Source: a virus. Taken from it: a stretch of DNA of 45,127 nt. The notes below the pieces were generated by a model, which made no database searches, was not told the DNA's origin, and saw nothing but the letters and a program-made list of their open reading frames with translations. The DNA lies in IMG/VR virus record IMGVR_UViG_3300035043_000056, positions 1 to 45,127 of that record, one strand, 5' to 3'. This document shows positions 8,716 to 16,495 of the stretch, piece by piece (position 1 is the stretch's first letter; every line of letters starts with the position of its first letter). The translations under genes and the position numbers were made by a program.

Positions 8716-8783
8716 TGGTACGTTATATCTTACCTGTGCTGTTTTGGAGTTCGCTTTTCGCAATCATTTTTGTGGGGTTTTAA
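8715..8783 (+). CDS. Possible 22-aa hydrophobic micro-peptide
   Basis: Strong RBS (CAGGAGAG) 7 nt upstream and TAATG coupling. The product is MVRYILPVLFWSSLFAIIFVGF. Confidence 0.4.
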   Translation: MVRYILPVLFWSSLFAIIFVGF

Positions 8784-8784
8784 A

Positions 8785-8994
8785 ATGGCTGAAAAAAATA
8801 AATGGGGTCCATACGACATCACGCTCAAAGTGCTGAAGAACAAGGTGTACATCCTTGAATATAAACAGCACGAGAGCGAACATCGTAAGATCCTGACAAA
8901 GGCAATGGCGATCAGGATGGCGAACGATTTCAATGTGCGCCGTGAGATCCGCGACGTAATTATCGAAGCATTCAAAGAAGGAGTAATCGCATGA
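8785..8994 (+). CDS. Hypothetical protein (69 aa)
   Basis: ATG at 8785 lies inside the tracked ORF 8770-8994. Confidence 0.6.
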   Translation: MAEKNKWGPYDITLKVLKNKVYILEYKQHESEHRKILTKAMAIRMANDFNVRREIRDVIIEAFKEGVIA

Positions 8995-9254
8995 ACGCAG
9001 AAACAAAACACGGTGGACCCGAAAATCCCTATGAAACAATCAAGGTGATCGAAGCATGGGGTCTTGACCAGAATTTCAACCTTGCAAACGTTGTCAGCAA
9101 AATTTGCACTGCTGAAAAATCTGAAGACAATGTGCAAACGTTGAAAGATGCCCGATGGTATCTTGACCGCGAAATCAAGAAACTCGAAGGGATGCCTGAT
9201 CCGGCACAAATGGATTTACTCAACCAACCTGAAGGAGAAACTACCAATGGCTAA
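8991..9254 (+). CDS. DUF3310-like protein
   Basis: PYETIKVIEAWGL...FNLANVVSKI...LKDARWYLDREI follows the DUF3310 pattern. ATGA coupling. Confidence 0.55.
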   Translation: MNAETKHGGPENPYETIKVIEAWGLDQNFNLANVVSKICTAEKSEDNVQTLKDARWYLDREIKKLEGMPDPAQMDLLNQPEGETTNG

Positions 9255-9549
9255 AACCCGCAAAGCACCAACCGGTGCAAAACCTGCACAGAAGCCTGTT
9301 CAGAATGCACCAGCAGCGACAGCACCGCAACAAACTATCGTGATGGTTCACTACGTCTGCTTTTCATTTAAGAACGGCAACACGATCAAGGCACCTGTTG
9401 ACAGCGGTGATTCTGCAAAAGCTGTCCTGCGCGATGTCCTGGTGAGCGTCACCAGTGGTAAGCCGTACATCAACGAAGAGAAAGGCATCCTGTTCAATCC
9501 TGTTGAACTGAGCCATTCATTCGCCGTTGTTGAAAGGGCAGCACAATGA
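9247..9549 (+). CDS. Hypothetical protein with a basic, Pro/Ala-rich N-terminus
   Basis: ATG at 9247 follows GAAGGAGAA. Confidence 0.7.
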   Translation: MAKTRKAPTGAKPAQKPVQNAPAATAPQQTIVMVHYVCFSFKNGNTIKAPVDSGDSAKAVLRDVLVSVTSGKPYINEEKGILFNPVELSHSFAVVERAAQ

Positions 9550-9950
9550 ACCAAATCGAGCAAAAAACAGTACCGACGCTTTCCGAAACGGAAATGGCGG
9601 CAATCATCCTGACAGGCGCATGTCACAATCGCGCCTGGAATGCAGGATGGTGGCACGATCTCAATACCGGTGCGAAACTTGATCGCAACGTGCCTGAGAT
9701 GCTGTGTTTGATCCACAGTGAGATCAGCGAGGGTCTTGAAGGTTTCCGCAAAAACCTGAACGACGACAAGCTGCCTCACCGCAAGATGCTCGAAGTCGAA
9801 TTGGCTGATGCAGCCATTCGCATCTTCGATCTTGCTGGTGGTCTTGGCCTTGACATCGCTGGTGCCATCGCTGAAAAGATGGCGTTCAACGAGCAGCGTG
9901 AAGATCATAAGATCGAAAACCGCCAAGGCGAAAACGGAAAGAAGATCTAA
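9546..9950 (+). CDS. MazG-like nucleoside triphosphate pyrophosphohydrolase
   Basis: LIHSEISEGLE...ELADAAIRIFDLAG...KMAFNEQR is a typical MazG-family helix pattern. Confidence 0.78.
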   Translation: MNQIEQKTVPTLSETEMAAIILTGACHNRAWNAGWWHDLNTGAKLDRNVPEMLCLIHSEISEGLEGFRKNLNDDKLPHRKMLEVELADAAIRIFDLAGGLGLDIAGAIAEKMAFNEQREDHKIENRQGENGKKI

Positions 9951-9951
9951 C

Positions 9952-10194
9952 ATGTCAGGTGAGGTCATCTTTATGAACAAAAAAGGTGTCCACTCGTTCG
10001 ACGGGAAAGAGGTCAAGCCTCTTTTTCGTCGGGCGAAAACTGATGAAGAACGCAAGGAAGAATTTGCAGCATGGGCGAAGCTGAAGCCGGTTTATTTTCC
10101 GACCTGGGTGTGGGAAGAAATCAGCAAACGCTATCCTGATCGCTATAAAATGTTCTTGCCGGTTTATCAGGGACAGCGGGTAATTTTAACATAG
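9952..10194 (+). CDS. Hypothetical protein (80 aa)
   Basis: ATG at 9952, immediately after the MazG stop. Confidence 0.6.
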   Translation: MSGEVIFMNKKGVHSFDGKEVKPLFRRAKTDEERKEEFAAWAKLKPVYFPTWVWEEISKRYPDRYKMFLPVYQGQRVILT

Positions 10195-10204
10195 GAAAAA
10201 TCAA

Positions 10205-10498
10205 ATGCGAAATCTGAAATCAATTCTCTCGATGGGTGCTGCAATGTCTGCAATCGCAGCGATGGGTATGCAGGTGCAACGGCCTGTTCGTGCCACGCCT
10301 CGCAAGCCGAAGGTGATGGTCAAACCTGAGCCTTACAAACCAGTCGTCCACTACGTCAATCCTGACCCTCTGCAAGCGGCTCTGAACAAGATGACCAACT
10401 GGCAGCGCAATCAGGCCGGTCGTGCGTGTAAAGGCAATTTCCGTCGCCTCACACCCGAACTGCTGGAACACTTTTGCAATCTGAAGAAACCGGCATGA
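10205..10498 (+). CDS. Hypothetical protein with a hydrophobic N-terminus (97 aa)
   Basis: ORF whose N-terminus, SILSMGAAMSAIAAMGM, is signal-like. Confidence 0.65.
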   Translation: MRNLKSILSMGAAMSAIAAMGMQVQRPVRATPRKPKVMVKPEPYKPVVHYVNPDPLQAALNKMTNWQRNQAGRACKGNFRRLTPELLEHFCNLKKPA

Positions 10499-10686
10499 GC
10501 GCACGATACAAATTAAAAACTGGTCAGATCAATTTCGAGAGCCTGGACAACCCAGGTGCCTATTCCTGCATCGTGATTAAGGACGGGCAGTTTTACAACC
10601 TCTCGGAAGATCTGCGCCAGATGCTCATCGAAAAACTTCAACAGCCCCAACGGGCCGAAACCACCAGCTTAGAGGATATGTTCTAA
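10495..10686 (+). CDS. Small protein ending in SLEDMF (63 aa)
   Basis: ATGA coupling at 10495. It looks like a paralogue of the next gene (INFESLDNPGA versus ISFIRFGNTGA). Confidence 0.65.
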   Translation: MSARYKLKTGQINFESLDNPGAYSCIVIKDGQFYNLSEDLRQMLIEKLQQPQRAETTSLEDMF

Positions 10687-10892
10687 TGGCACAGTTTGAA
10701 TACGACATGGACAAAAACGACATCAGTTTTATTCGCTTCGGTAACACTGGCGCAGCCGGTTCTGAAAGCTGGATGAAAGGGTCGAAAATGAAACCTTATC
10801 AGATCAAAAAACTGAAAGAGCTTTTGAGATCGGTGGAAGGCGCAGATGTCAAGCCTGAAAACACCCCAAATCTCGAAAATATGTTCGAATAA
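10686..10892 (+). CDS. Small protein ending in NLENMFE (68 aa)
   Basis: TAATG coupling. Tandem paralogue of 10495-10686. Confidence 0.65.
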   Translation: MAQFEYDMDKNDISFIRFGNTGAAGSESWMKGSKMKPYQIKKLKELLRSVEGADVKPENTPNLENMFE

Positions 10893-10894
10893 AG

Positions 10895-10925
10895 TGTTGA
10901 CAATTCCCAACAGGAGTTTTAAAAA
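10895..10925 (+). promoter_or_regulatory. Sigma70-like promoter with overlapping operator box, copy B
   Basis: TTGACA (10897-10902), a 17-nt spacer, then TAAAAA (10920-10925). The dyad TGTTG-N8-CAACA (10895-10912) covers the -35. Confidence 0.55.
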
Positions 10926-10931
10926 TTGAGT

Positions 10932-11141
10932 ATGAAAGTTCCTACCCACAAAGAATTCACCGATCACATCAAAGACCATCTGAAAGAAACCGGCGAAAAG
11001 CCATCATCTTTCGGTCGTCGTGTATTGGGTGACAGTGGCGCAATCCCGCGCCTCTTCGAAGGCACCGATCCTCGGCTGTCAACGATGCAACGCATTTTGA
11101 AAGCAATCGAAAAGGCCGCGAAGAATGTTACTCGCTCTTGA
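10932..11141 (+). CDS. Small HTH DNA-binding regulator (candidate repressor/Cro-like), probably leaderless
   Basis: SFGRRVLGDSGAIPRLFEGTDPRLSTMQRILKAI is HTH-like. The ATG at 10932 lies 7 nt after the -10 and has no SD. The tracked start is TTG at 10926. Confidence 0.6.
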   Translation: MKVPTHKEFTDHIKDHLKETGEKPSSFGRRVLGDSGAIPRLFEGTDPRLSTMQRILKAIEKAAKNVTRS

Positions 11142-11604
11142 TCTCGGTACAAAAACAGGTTGGGCGACCAACAGTAATGCTGGCATCCAACATGGTATGC
11201 AGGAATTCAAGAACGACCGTTTTTCCGGTGGCGGGATGCGTTTCCTGAAATTCGAAAAATGGTTGAACGAGATTCCACGACCCACTCAGGTTGTGTTTGA
11301 AGAAGTGCGTCGTCATGCTGCCACCGATGCCGCGCATGTGTACGGGGGCTTGATGGCAATCGTCACAAAATTCTGTGAACAACATGGTATTCCATATCAG
11401 GGTGTTCCGGTTGGCACGATCAAAAAGTTTTGGACCGGCAAAGGCAACGGTAACAAAGAAGCCATGCTCAAAGCCGGTCATAAGCGCGGATTTAAAACCG
11501 TGGATGATGATAACGAAATGGATGCGATTGCCCTCTTGCATTACTGGATTTCAGAGTGTATGGTGGACAAATCCAATATTGAATTGGAAGACATGTTGAA
11601 CTGA
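11125..11604 (+). CDS. RuvC-like Holliday junction resolvase
   Basis: N-terminal LALDLGTKTGWA and C-terminal DDNEMDAIALLHY are the catalytic acidic motifs of phage RuvC-family resolvases. The C-terminus is ELEDMLN. Confidence 0.82.
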   Translation: MLLALDLGTKTGWATNSNAGIQHGMQEFKNDRFSGGGMRFLKFEKWLNEIPRPTQVVFEEVRRHAATDAAHVYGGLMAIVTKFCEQHGIPYQGVPVGTIKKFWTGKGNGNKEAMLKAGHKRGFKTVDDDNEMDAIALLHYWISECMVDKSNIELEDMLN

Positions 11605-11642
11605 TACCCTGCCTGAAATGATGAACTGAAAGACCTGCTGAA

Positions 11643-12989
11643 ATGATCCAAGAACCCAACCTTTTTCCCTACCAGATCGAAGGCGCGAAATTTCTCGCAG
11701 CAAGGCAATATGCCGGTCTGTTCGACGGAATGCGTATGGGTAAAACACGCCAGTTCCTCAAAGCAGCAAGAATGATTGGTGCCGAAACGATTGCGGTCGT
11801 TGCGAAAGCATCAGGTGTTTATGTGTGGGAAAAAGAAGCGCGTGAATGGGGCTTCGATCCGATCATCCTGAAAGCTGGCGACGAGCCACAATGGAAAAAA
11901 TTCAATATCCTTTCGTACAACGGTTTGATCTCTGAATTACACGATCAACTGATCGCCATGTGCTACGACTTACTCGGTGGTGATGAAAGCGATGCGTTCA
12001 AAAATATGCAAGCCGCCAGGACACAAAAATTCTTCGGTCTGCGCGAAGATAAATATCGCGCCAACGTCTTTGTTTTCGACGTTGATTTAGGTCTTATGGC
12101 CTATGCTGATCGCGTGTGGGTGATGACCGGAACGCCTGTGCTGAACAACCCGTCCGAGCTTTACCCGATGATGCGTACCATGTTCCCCGATGCCATCTTG
12201 AACGACAAAACGGGTGAACCGATGTCTTTTAATAATTTCTGCGGTATGTATTGCCGGTACGGAAAAAGCAATGGTTTCGGTCGCAAAATCGTCGGCGGCA
12301 AGAACCTTCAAAAACTGCGCGATCAACTGCGCGGTCGTGTGCTGCGCCGGACAAAAGAGCAGGTGTGGGAAGAATGGAAAGAGCCGATCATCGATCTGCT
12401 GCCTGTTCCTGGCAACGTCGATGGCATCCCGTCGAACGAAATTGCGATGGTGCGCGAAGCTCTCGCTTCTGAAGACATTGTTTCCGCGCTACGGGCCGTG
12501 GCACCGCATTGCGCCAGCTTACGCCGGTTGACCGGTCTTGCGAAAGTCAATGGTGTTGTGGATTGGATTGACGACAATATTGAACTCACTGAAAAACTGA
12601 TCGTGTTCGCGCATCACAAGGAAGTGATTGCCGCGCTGAAAAACAAGATCAAAAAATACAAATACGTCGAGATCATCGGCGGCATGACACAAGAGCAAAA
12701 ATACAACGCATATACGGCTTTTCAGGAAGATCCGAAAGTGCAGATTTTTATCGGGCAGAACCAGGCAGCGCGTGACAGTATCCCGCTGTGGAAAGCCTCG
12801 ACAACGATTTCCATTGAACCCGATTGGGTTCCTGGAAACAACGATCAGATGCTTGATCGTATGACCCACTTCTCAAAGAAAGAACCGTGTGTCGGGTATT
12901 ATGCTACGCTGCGCGGTTCAATCGATGAGGATATACAGAAGGCCAATATCACGAAGCGAGAAATCACTTCTGAGCTTGGATTGAATTAA
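11643..12989 (+). CDS. SNF2-family DNA helicase/translocase
   Basis: LFPYQIEGAKFL...GMRMGKTRQ (motif I), GDESD (motif II), MTGTPVLNNPSELYPMM (motif III), and a C-terminal helicase lobe containing IGQNQAARDSI. Confidence 0.88.
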   Translation: MIQEPNLFPYQIEGAKFLAARQYAGLFDGMRMGKTRQFLKAARMIGAETIAVVAKASGVYVWEKEAREWGFDPIILKAGDEPQWKKFNILSYNGLISELHDQLIAMCYDLLGGDESDAFKNMQAARTQKFFGLREDKYRANVFVFDVDLGLMAYADRVWVMTGTPVLNNPSELYPMMRTMFPDAILNDKTGEPMSFNNFCGMYCRYGKSNGFGRKIVGGKNLQKLRDQLRGRVLRRTKEQVWEEWKEPIIDLLPVPGNVDGIPSNEIAMVREALASEDIVSALRAVAPHCASLRRLTGLAKVNGVVDWIDDNIELTEKLIVFAHHKEVIAALKNKIKKYKYVEIIGGMTQEQKYNAYTAFQEDPKVQIFIGQNQAARDSIPLWKASTTISIEPDWVPGNNDQMLDRMTHFSKKEPCVGYYATLRGSIDEDIQKANITKREITSELGLN

Positions 12990-13008
12990 CCAAACCTCTA
13001 AAGGAGAA

Positions 13009-13626
13009 ATGACAATGCCTATCCAACTTATCATTACCGGCGATCACATCACCGATGTTTTTGCTGAAATCTCAAACTTCGCTGCTGCAATCGGTGGTGA
13101 TGCACCAAAAAACGAAGCTGGCGCGACGAGTGGGTCGAAAGGCTCGACCGCCTCTGCGCCATCCCCCAAGACTGCACCGGCATCGACAGAAGCCCCTGCA
13201 ACTGGTGGAAAAACCGATGCGAAACTGACTCGTAACGAGCAGGATGCAGCGGTTGAAGAAATGGTCGAAGCCGGTGAAAAAGATGCTCGTTACGAGCAGC
13301 TTACCAAAGGTCGCAAAAAAGCGGTCGATGACGGTATCGCCAAAAAAGCCGAAGCAGAAAGCACTGAAGACGCGCTTTCCGACATGTTCGACGACACCCC
13401 TTCAGAGAGTGAAGAGGAAGAAGTCGAAATCACTGCTGACACGATCCGCGACATGATGGGTAAACTCGGCAAAGATGCCAAGGGCAACCCGATCCAGGAA
13501 AACCTGCTCAAGATCAAATCCGTTCTTGAAAAAGCGATCCCGAAAGGCGTGGAAATCAAAGTCGGCAACATCCCTGCTGACAAGCTGCAAACCGTCTTCG
13601 CTGAACTCAAAAAGCTGGAAGGTTAA
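13009..13626 (+). CDS. Acidic low-complexity protein (205 aa)
   Basis: ORF following AAGGAG; ATG 13015 is an alternative start. It has an Ala/Pro/Ser-rich linker, an acidic block SESEEEEVE and an internal LSDMFDD. Confidence 0.7.
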   Translation: MTMPIQLIITGDHITDVFAEISNFAAAIGGDAPKNEAGATSGSKGSTASAPSPKTAPASTEAPATGGKTDAKLTRNEQDAAVEEMVEAGEKDARYEQLTKGRKKAVDDGIAKKAEAESTEDALSDMFDDTPSESEEEEVEITADTIRDMMGKLGKDAKGNPIQENLLKIKSVLEKAIPKGVEIKVGNIPADKLQTVFAELKKLEG

Positions 13627-13627
13627 T

Positions 13628-13819
13628 ATGGCATCGGTCGATATTGATTTTGATCGTATCGATCCCGAAAGGGAAACGAAACACGCATATTTCATCATCT
13701 TCGAAGAAGGTTTTGATGAGGTATCGTGTTTCGTTCCGAAGTCGCAGGTCGAGGTGGATGAAAAACGCAAGGTCGTCACGATGCCTGAATGGATGGCGAC
13801 AGAGAAAGGACTCGTGTGA
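13628..13819 (+). CDS. Hypothetical protein (63 aa)
   Basis: ATG at 13628, immediately after the upstream stop. Confidence 0.6.
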   Translation: MASVDIDFDRIDPERETKHAYFIIFEEGFDEVSCFVPKSQVEVDEKRKVVTMPEWMATEKGLV

Positions 13820-14031
13820 TGTTTATTGAGCAAGCTAGAAAAGCATTACAGGTTAGCCCGAAACCAGAAGCATTTCGCATTGAAAGTGATGAGGTTAAAG
13901 ATTTAGCTGAAGAATTTGAATACAGACTTCAACCAGACGGTCGTAGTAAAAAACAACGATTGAAGGACATCGAGATTCAAATTCGAAGTGGAAACTGCAA
14001 ACTTTTTGGAATTCCAGTGAGGGTTCAATGA
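13819..14031 (+). CDS. Hypothetical protein (70 aa)
   Basis: TGATG coupling at 13817-13821. Confidence 0.55.
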   Translation: MFIEQARKALQVSPKPEAFRIESDEVKDLAEEFEYRLQPDGRSKKQRLKDIEIQIRSGNCKLFGIPVRVQ

Positions 14032-15221
14032 GCGAAGATAACGGACACAGCCTGAACAGCCCTTCATCGTTCGCACGGCGAATCGGCTGCCCTGGATCTG
14101 CAAACCTTGAAAAGCAGTTCCCCAATGAAAGCTCGTCGTATGCCGATGAAGGCACCGCTGCTCACGCGCTCGGAGAGATGTGCCTTAAAGAAGGTAAGGA
14201 TGCCGACTATTATGAAGGCGAGGAAATCAACGCTGAAGACGATCCGACAAAACCGGCGAAGATGTTTACGGTCGATCAGGACATGATTTCGGCGGTGCAG
14301 GAATACGTTGACCATTGCCGACCCCTGTTGGGCCATCATCTGATTGAACACAAGTTTCAGCTTCCATTTCTCGGCTCAGGTGAGAAAGGGACATCCGACT
14401 TTACCGCGCTGAAAGACCGGATCTTGCATGTCGTCGATTACAAACACGGTAAAGGTGTGACGGTCGAGCATGTCGGCAATATTCAAGGTCTGTGCTACGG
14501 ATTAGGAGCCGCGCATCACTTCGACAATCACGAATGGCACACGCTGCGGATCACCATCGCGCAGCCCCGCGCATACCATGAAGAAGGTGGTATCCGGTCA
14601 TGGGATGTGCCTCGTGCAGAATTACTGGATTACATGATCAATTTCGCCGCTGCTGCAAAAGCGACCGAAGATCCAAACGCACCCCTACGGGTCGGATCGT
14701 GGTGCCGCTTCTGCAAGGCCAAGGCACAATGCCCTGAGCAAGCGCGGTCGGCGGCAGAGATCATGGAAATGGATTTCGGTGAACCGACTTCACAGCCGGT
14801 GCCGGTAAATTTTTTGAGTGACGCGCAAATTGCTGACATCGTATTGAACAAGATTAAAATCATTGAGCAATGGTGTGCTTCACTCAAAGACTATGCACAA
14901 ACACGCGCTGAAAGCGGTAAACCGCTTCCTGGCACCAAGCTCGTCGCAACAAGAGCCGTTCGCGTGTGGAAGGATCGTGTAAAGGCTGAAAAATTCTTCG
15001 CAAAACAGTTAGGTGATAACGCCTACAAGATTGTGAAGGAATTTCACAGCGCACCGCAGATCGAAAAAGTTGTGGGTAAAAAAGAGTTCGCAAAACTCAC
15101 CACAGACAAGAAATTCGTGGATCAAATTGGTGTTGAGGCGGTTTCGACCGGCGCAACACTGGTTTCCGAATCGGACCCTAGAGATAGTGTTCGTTCATCA
15201 GTCGAAGATGATTTCGGCTAA
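14028..15221 (+). CDS. PD-(D/E)XK Cas4-like exonuclease (DUF2800-like)
   Basis: SPSSFARRIGCPGS, ADEGTAAHAL, SDFT...VVDYKHGKG (the D...D/E-x-K core) and a C-terminal Cys cluster, WCRFCKAKAQC. Confidence 0.82.
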   Translation: MSEDNGHSLNSPSSFARRIGCPGSANLEKQFPNESSSYADEGTAAHALGEMCLKEGKDADYYEGEEINAEDDPTKPAKMFTVDQDMISAVQEYVDHCRPLLGHHLIEHKFQLPFLGSGEKGTSDFTALKDRILHVVDYKHGKGVTVEHVGNIQGLCYGLGAAHHFDNHEWHTLRITIAQPRAYHEEGGIRSWDVPRAELLDYMINFAAAAKATEDPNAPLRVGSWCRFCKAKAQCPEQARSAAEIMEMDFGEPTSQPVPVNFLSDAQIADIVLNKIKIIEQWCASLKDYAQTRAESGKPLPGTKLVATRAVRVWKDRVKAEKFFAKQLGDNAYKIVKEFHSAPQIEKVVGKKEFAKLTTDKKFVDQIGVEAVSTGATLVSESDPRDSVRSSVEDDFG

Positions 15222-15489
15222 ACACAAAAGGAGAAAACAATGGTCGATAACCAACACCAAAAAAATCAAAGGATATAGAGATTTATCAGAGGAAGAAATT
15301 GCTCTGATGAATGAGGGGAAAGAACTGTCCGTCAAGGTCGGTGAATTCCTCGAAAAGTTGGAGAAAGCAGAGTTCGCACAGACGAGCGATGCCGTACCTG
15401 ACAAACGCTGGCTGTCGATTGGTAAGACGCATCTGCAACAGGGCTTCATGGCTGTGATCAGATCGATTGCCAAACCGACAACCTTTTAA
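15208..15489 (+). CDS. Conserved small phage protein (start uncertain)
   Basis: The ORF frame has an in-frame ATG at 15208 with no RBS. A strong RBS and ATG at 15240 lie in another frame (see the finding). The protein contains YRDLSEEEIALMNEGK and DKRWLSIGKTHLQQGFMAVIRSIAKP. Confidence 0.5.
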   Translation: MISAKHKRRKQWSITNTKKIKGYRDLSEEEIALMNEGKELSVKVGEFLEKLEKAEFAQTSDAVPDKRWLSIGKTHLQQGFMAVIRSIAKPTTF

Positions 15490-15524
15490 CAACCTAAACT
15501 GCTAATCTGAAAGGAACTGCTAAC

Positions 15525-16178
15525 ATGACTAACAAATCAGACGTAACCAAGTGCCATATTTCGAATTCCGGCACGATCATCACCCCATCCGGTCGCCTCT
15601 CATACGCGCAATACCTGATCGAACCACAGGAACGCACCTATGAAGACAGCGGCAAGACGGTTAAGGTTTACAGCATGAACTTGCTGCTGCCTCCTGGTCG
15701 TGATCTTGTGGAATTGAAAAAGGCAATGGGTAAAATCGCCCTCGAAAAATGCAAAGGTGACAAGAACCGCGCAGCTAATTTTGTCAACAAGCGTTTCCTC
15801 GATCCGAACAACCTGCCCCAAGGTGGTAAACCGATGGGTGAAGAGTTCGAAGGCTGGACGCTCATTCGCGCAACGTCTTCTTACAAGCCGAAATTTGCTT
15901 ATCCGAACGGTAAGGAAATTCCTGCGGAAGAAGTCGAAAACGAACTGTATTCCGGTCGTTGGGCGCGTGTGACCATCAACCCATACTGGACGGACAACAA
16001 GAAGAACCCTGGTGTCTGCCTCGGCCTTCAGAACGTCCACCTGCTCGATCACGATGAAAAGCTCGGTGGTGCAATCGCATCTGCTGAAGATGATTTCGGT
16101 GATGCAGGTGTTGGTGAAGACGCTGGCAGCAATGCCGGTGGCGACACCAGCAGCAGCGTTGACGACATGTTCAACTAA
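15525..16178 (+). CDS. T7 gp2.5-like ssDNA-binding protein (DUF2815-like)
   Basis: GRLSYAQYL...YSMNLLLP...YSGRWARVTINPYW...GLQNVHLL follows the DUF2815 pattern. It has an acidic tail ending in VDDMFN. Confidence 0.78.
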   Translation: MTNKSDVTKCHISNSGTIITPSGRLSYAQYLIEPQERTYEDSGKTVKVYSMNLLLPPGRDLVELKKAMGKIALEKCKGDKNRAANFVNKRFLDPNNLPQGGKPMGEEFEGWTLIRATSSYKPKFAYPNGKEIPAEEVENELYSGRWARVTINPYWTDNKKNPGVCLGLQNVHLLDHDEKLGGAIASAEDDFGDAGVGEDAGSNAGGDTSSSVDDMFN

Positions 16179-16184
16179 TCCTCT

Positions 16185-16222
16185 GACGGGCCGGTTTCGA
16201 AAGTTTCCGGCCCGTCTTTGGT
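16185..16222 (+). terminator. Intrinsic terminator after the SSB gene
   Basis: 10-bp GC-rich stem, GACGGGCCGG (16185-16194) with CCGGCCCGTC (16207-16216), followed by TTTGGTT. Confidence 0.7.
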
Positions 16223-16261
16223 TATTATAATGATCAAAAAACAACGAAAGTGAGCAGAATA

Positions 16262-16495
16262 ATGTCCAAGCAAATCCCCATTATAGGTTCGGTGACGGAA
16301 CAGAAATTGATCATCACGTTCGCCAAACAGGAAAACGGTGAAGGCGCGATCAATTTTGATTTCGAGCCACCCATCGCGGAAGCAATTTCGCCGGAACAAC
16401 GTGCAGCCGTAAATGTCGCGGAACAAATCATCAAAATGTTTGGCCTTGATGTTGCGAAGGCTGAGAAGGAGAAAAAGAATGCCATCATCCAGTGA
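16262..16495 (+). CDS. Hypothetical protein (77 aa)
   Basis: ATG at 16262 within the tracked ORF 16250-16495. Confidence 0.6.
   Translation: MSKQIPIIGSVTEQKLIITFAKQENGEGAINFDFEPPIAEAISPEQRAAVNVAEQIIKMFGLDVAKAEKEKKNAIIQ

Noticed and set aside
16217-16235. A promoter using the TATAAT at about 16224-16229, just after the SSB terminator.
   Set aside because: A perfect -10 hexamer is present, but no acceptable -35 lies at 16-18 nt. The evidence is too weak to list it as a feature.
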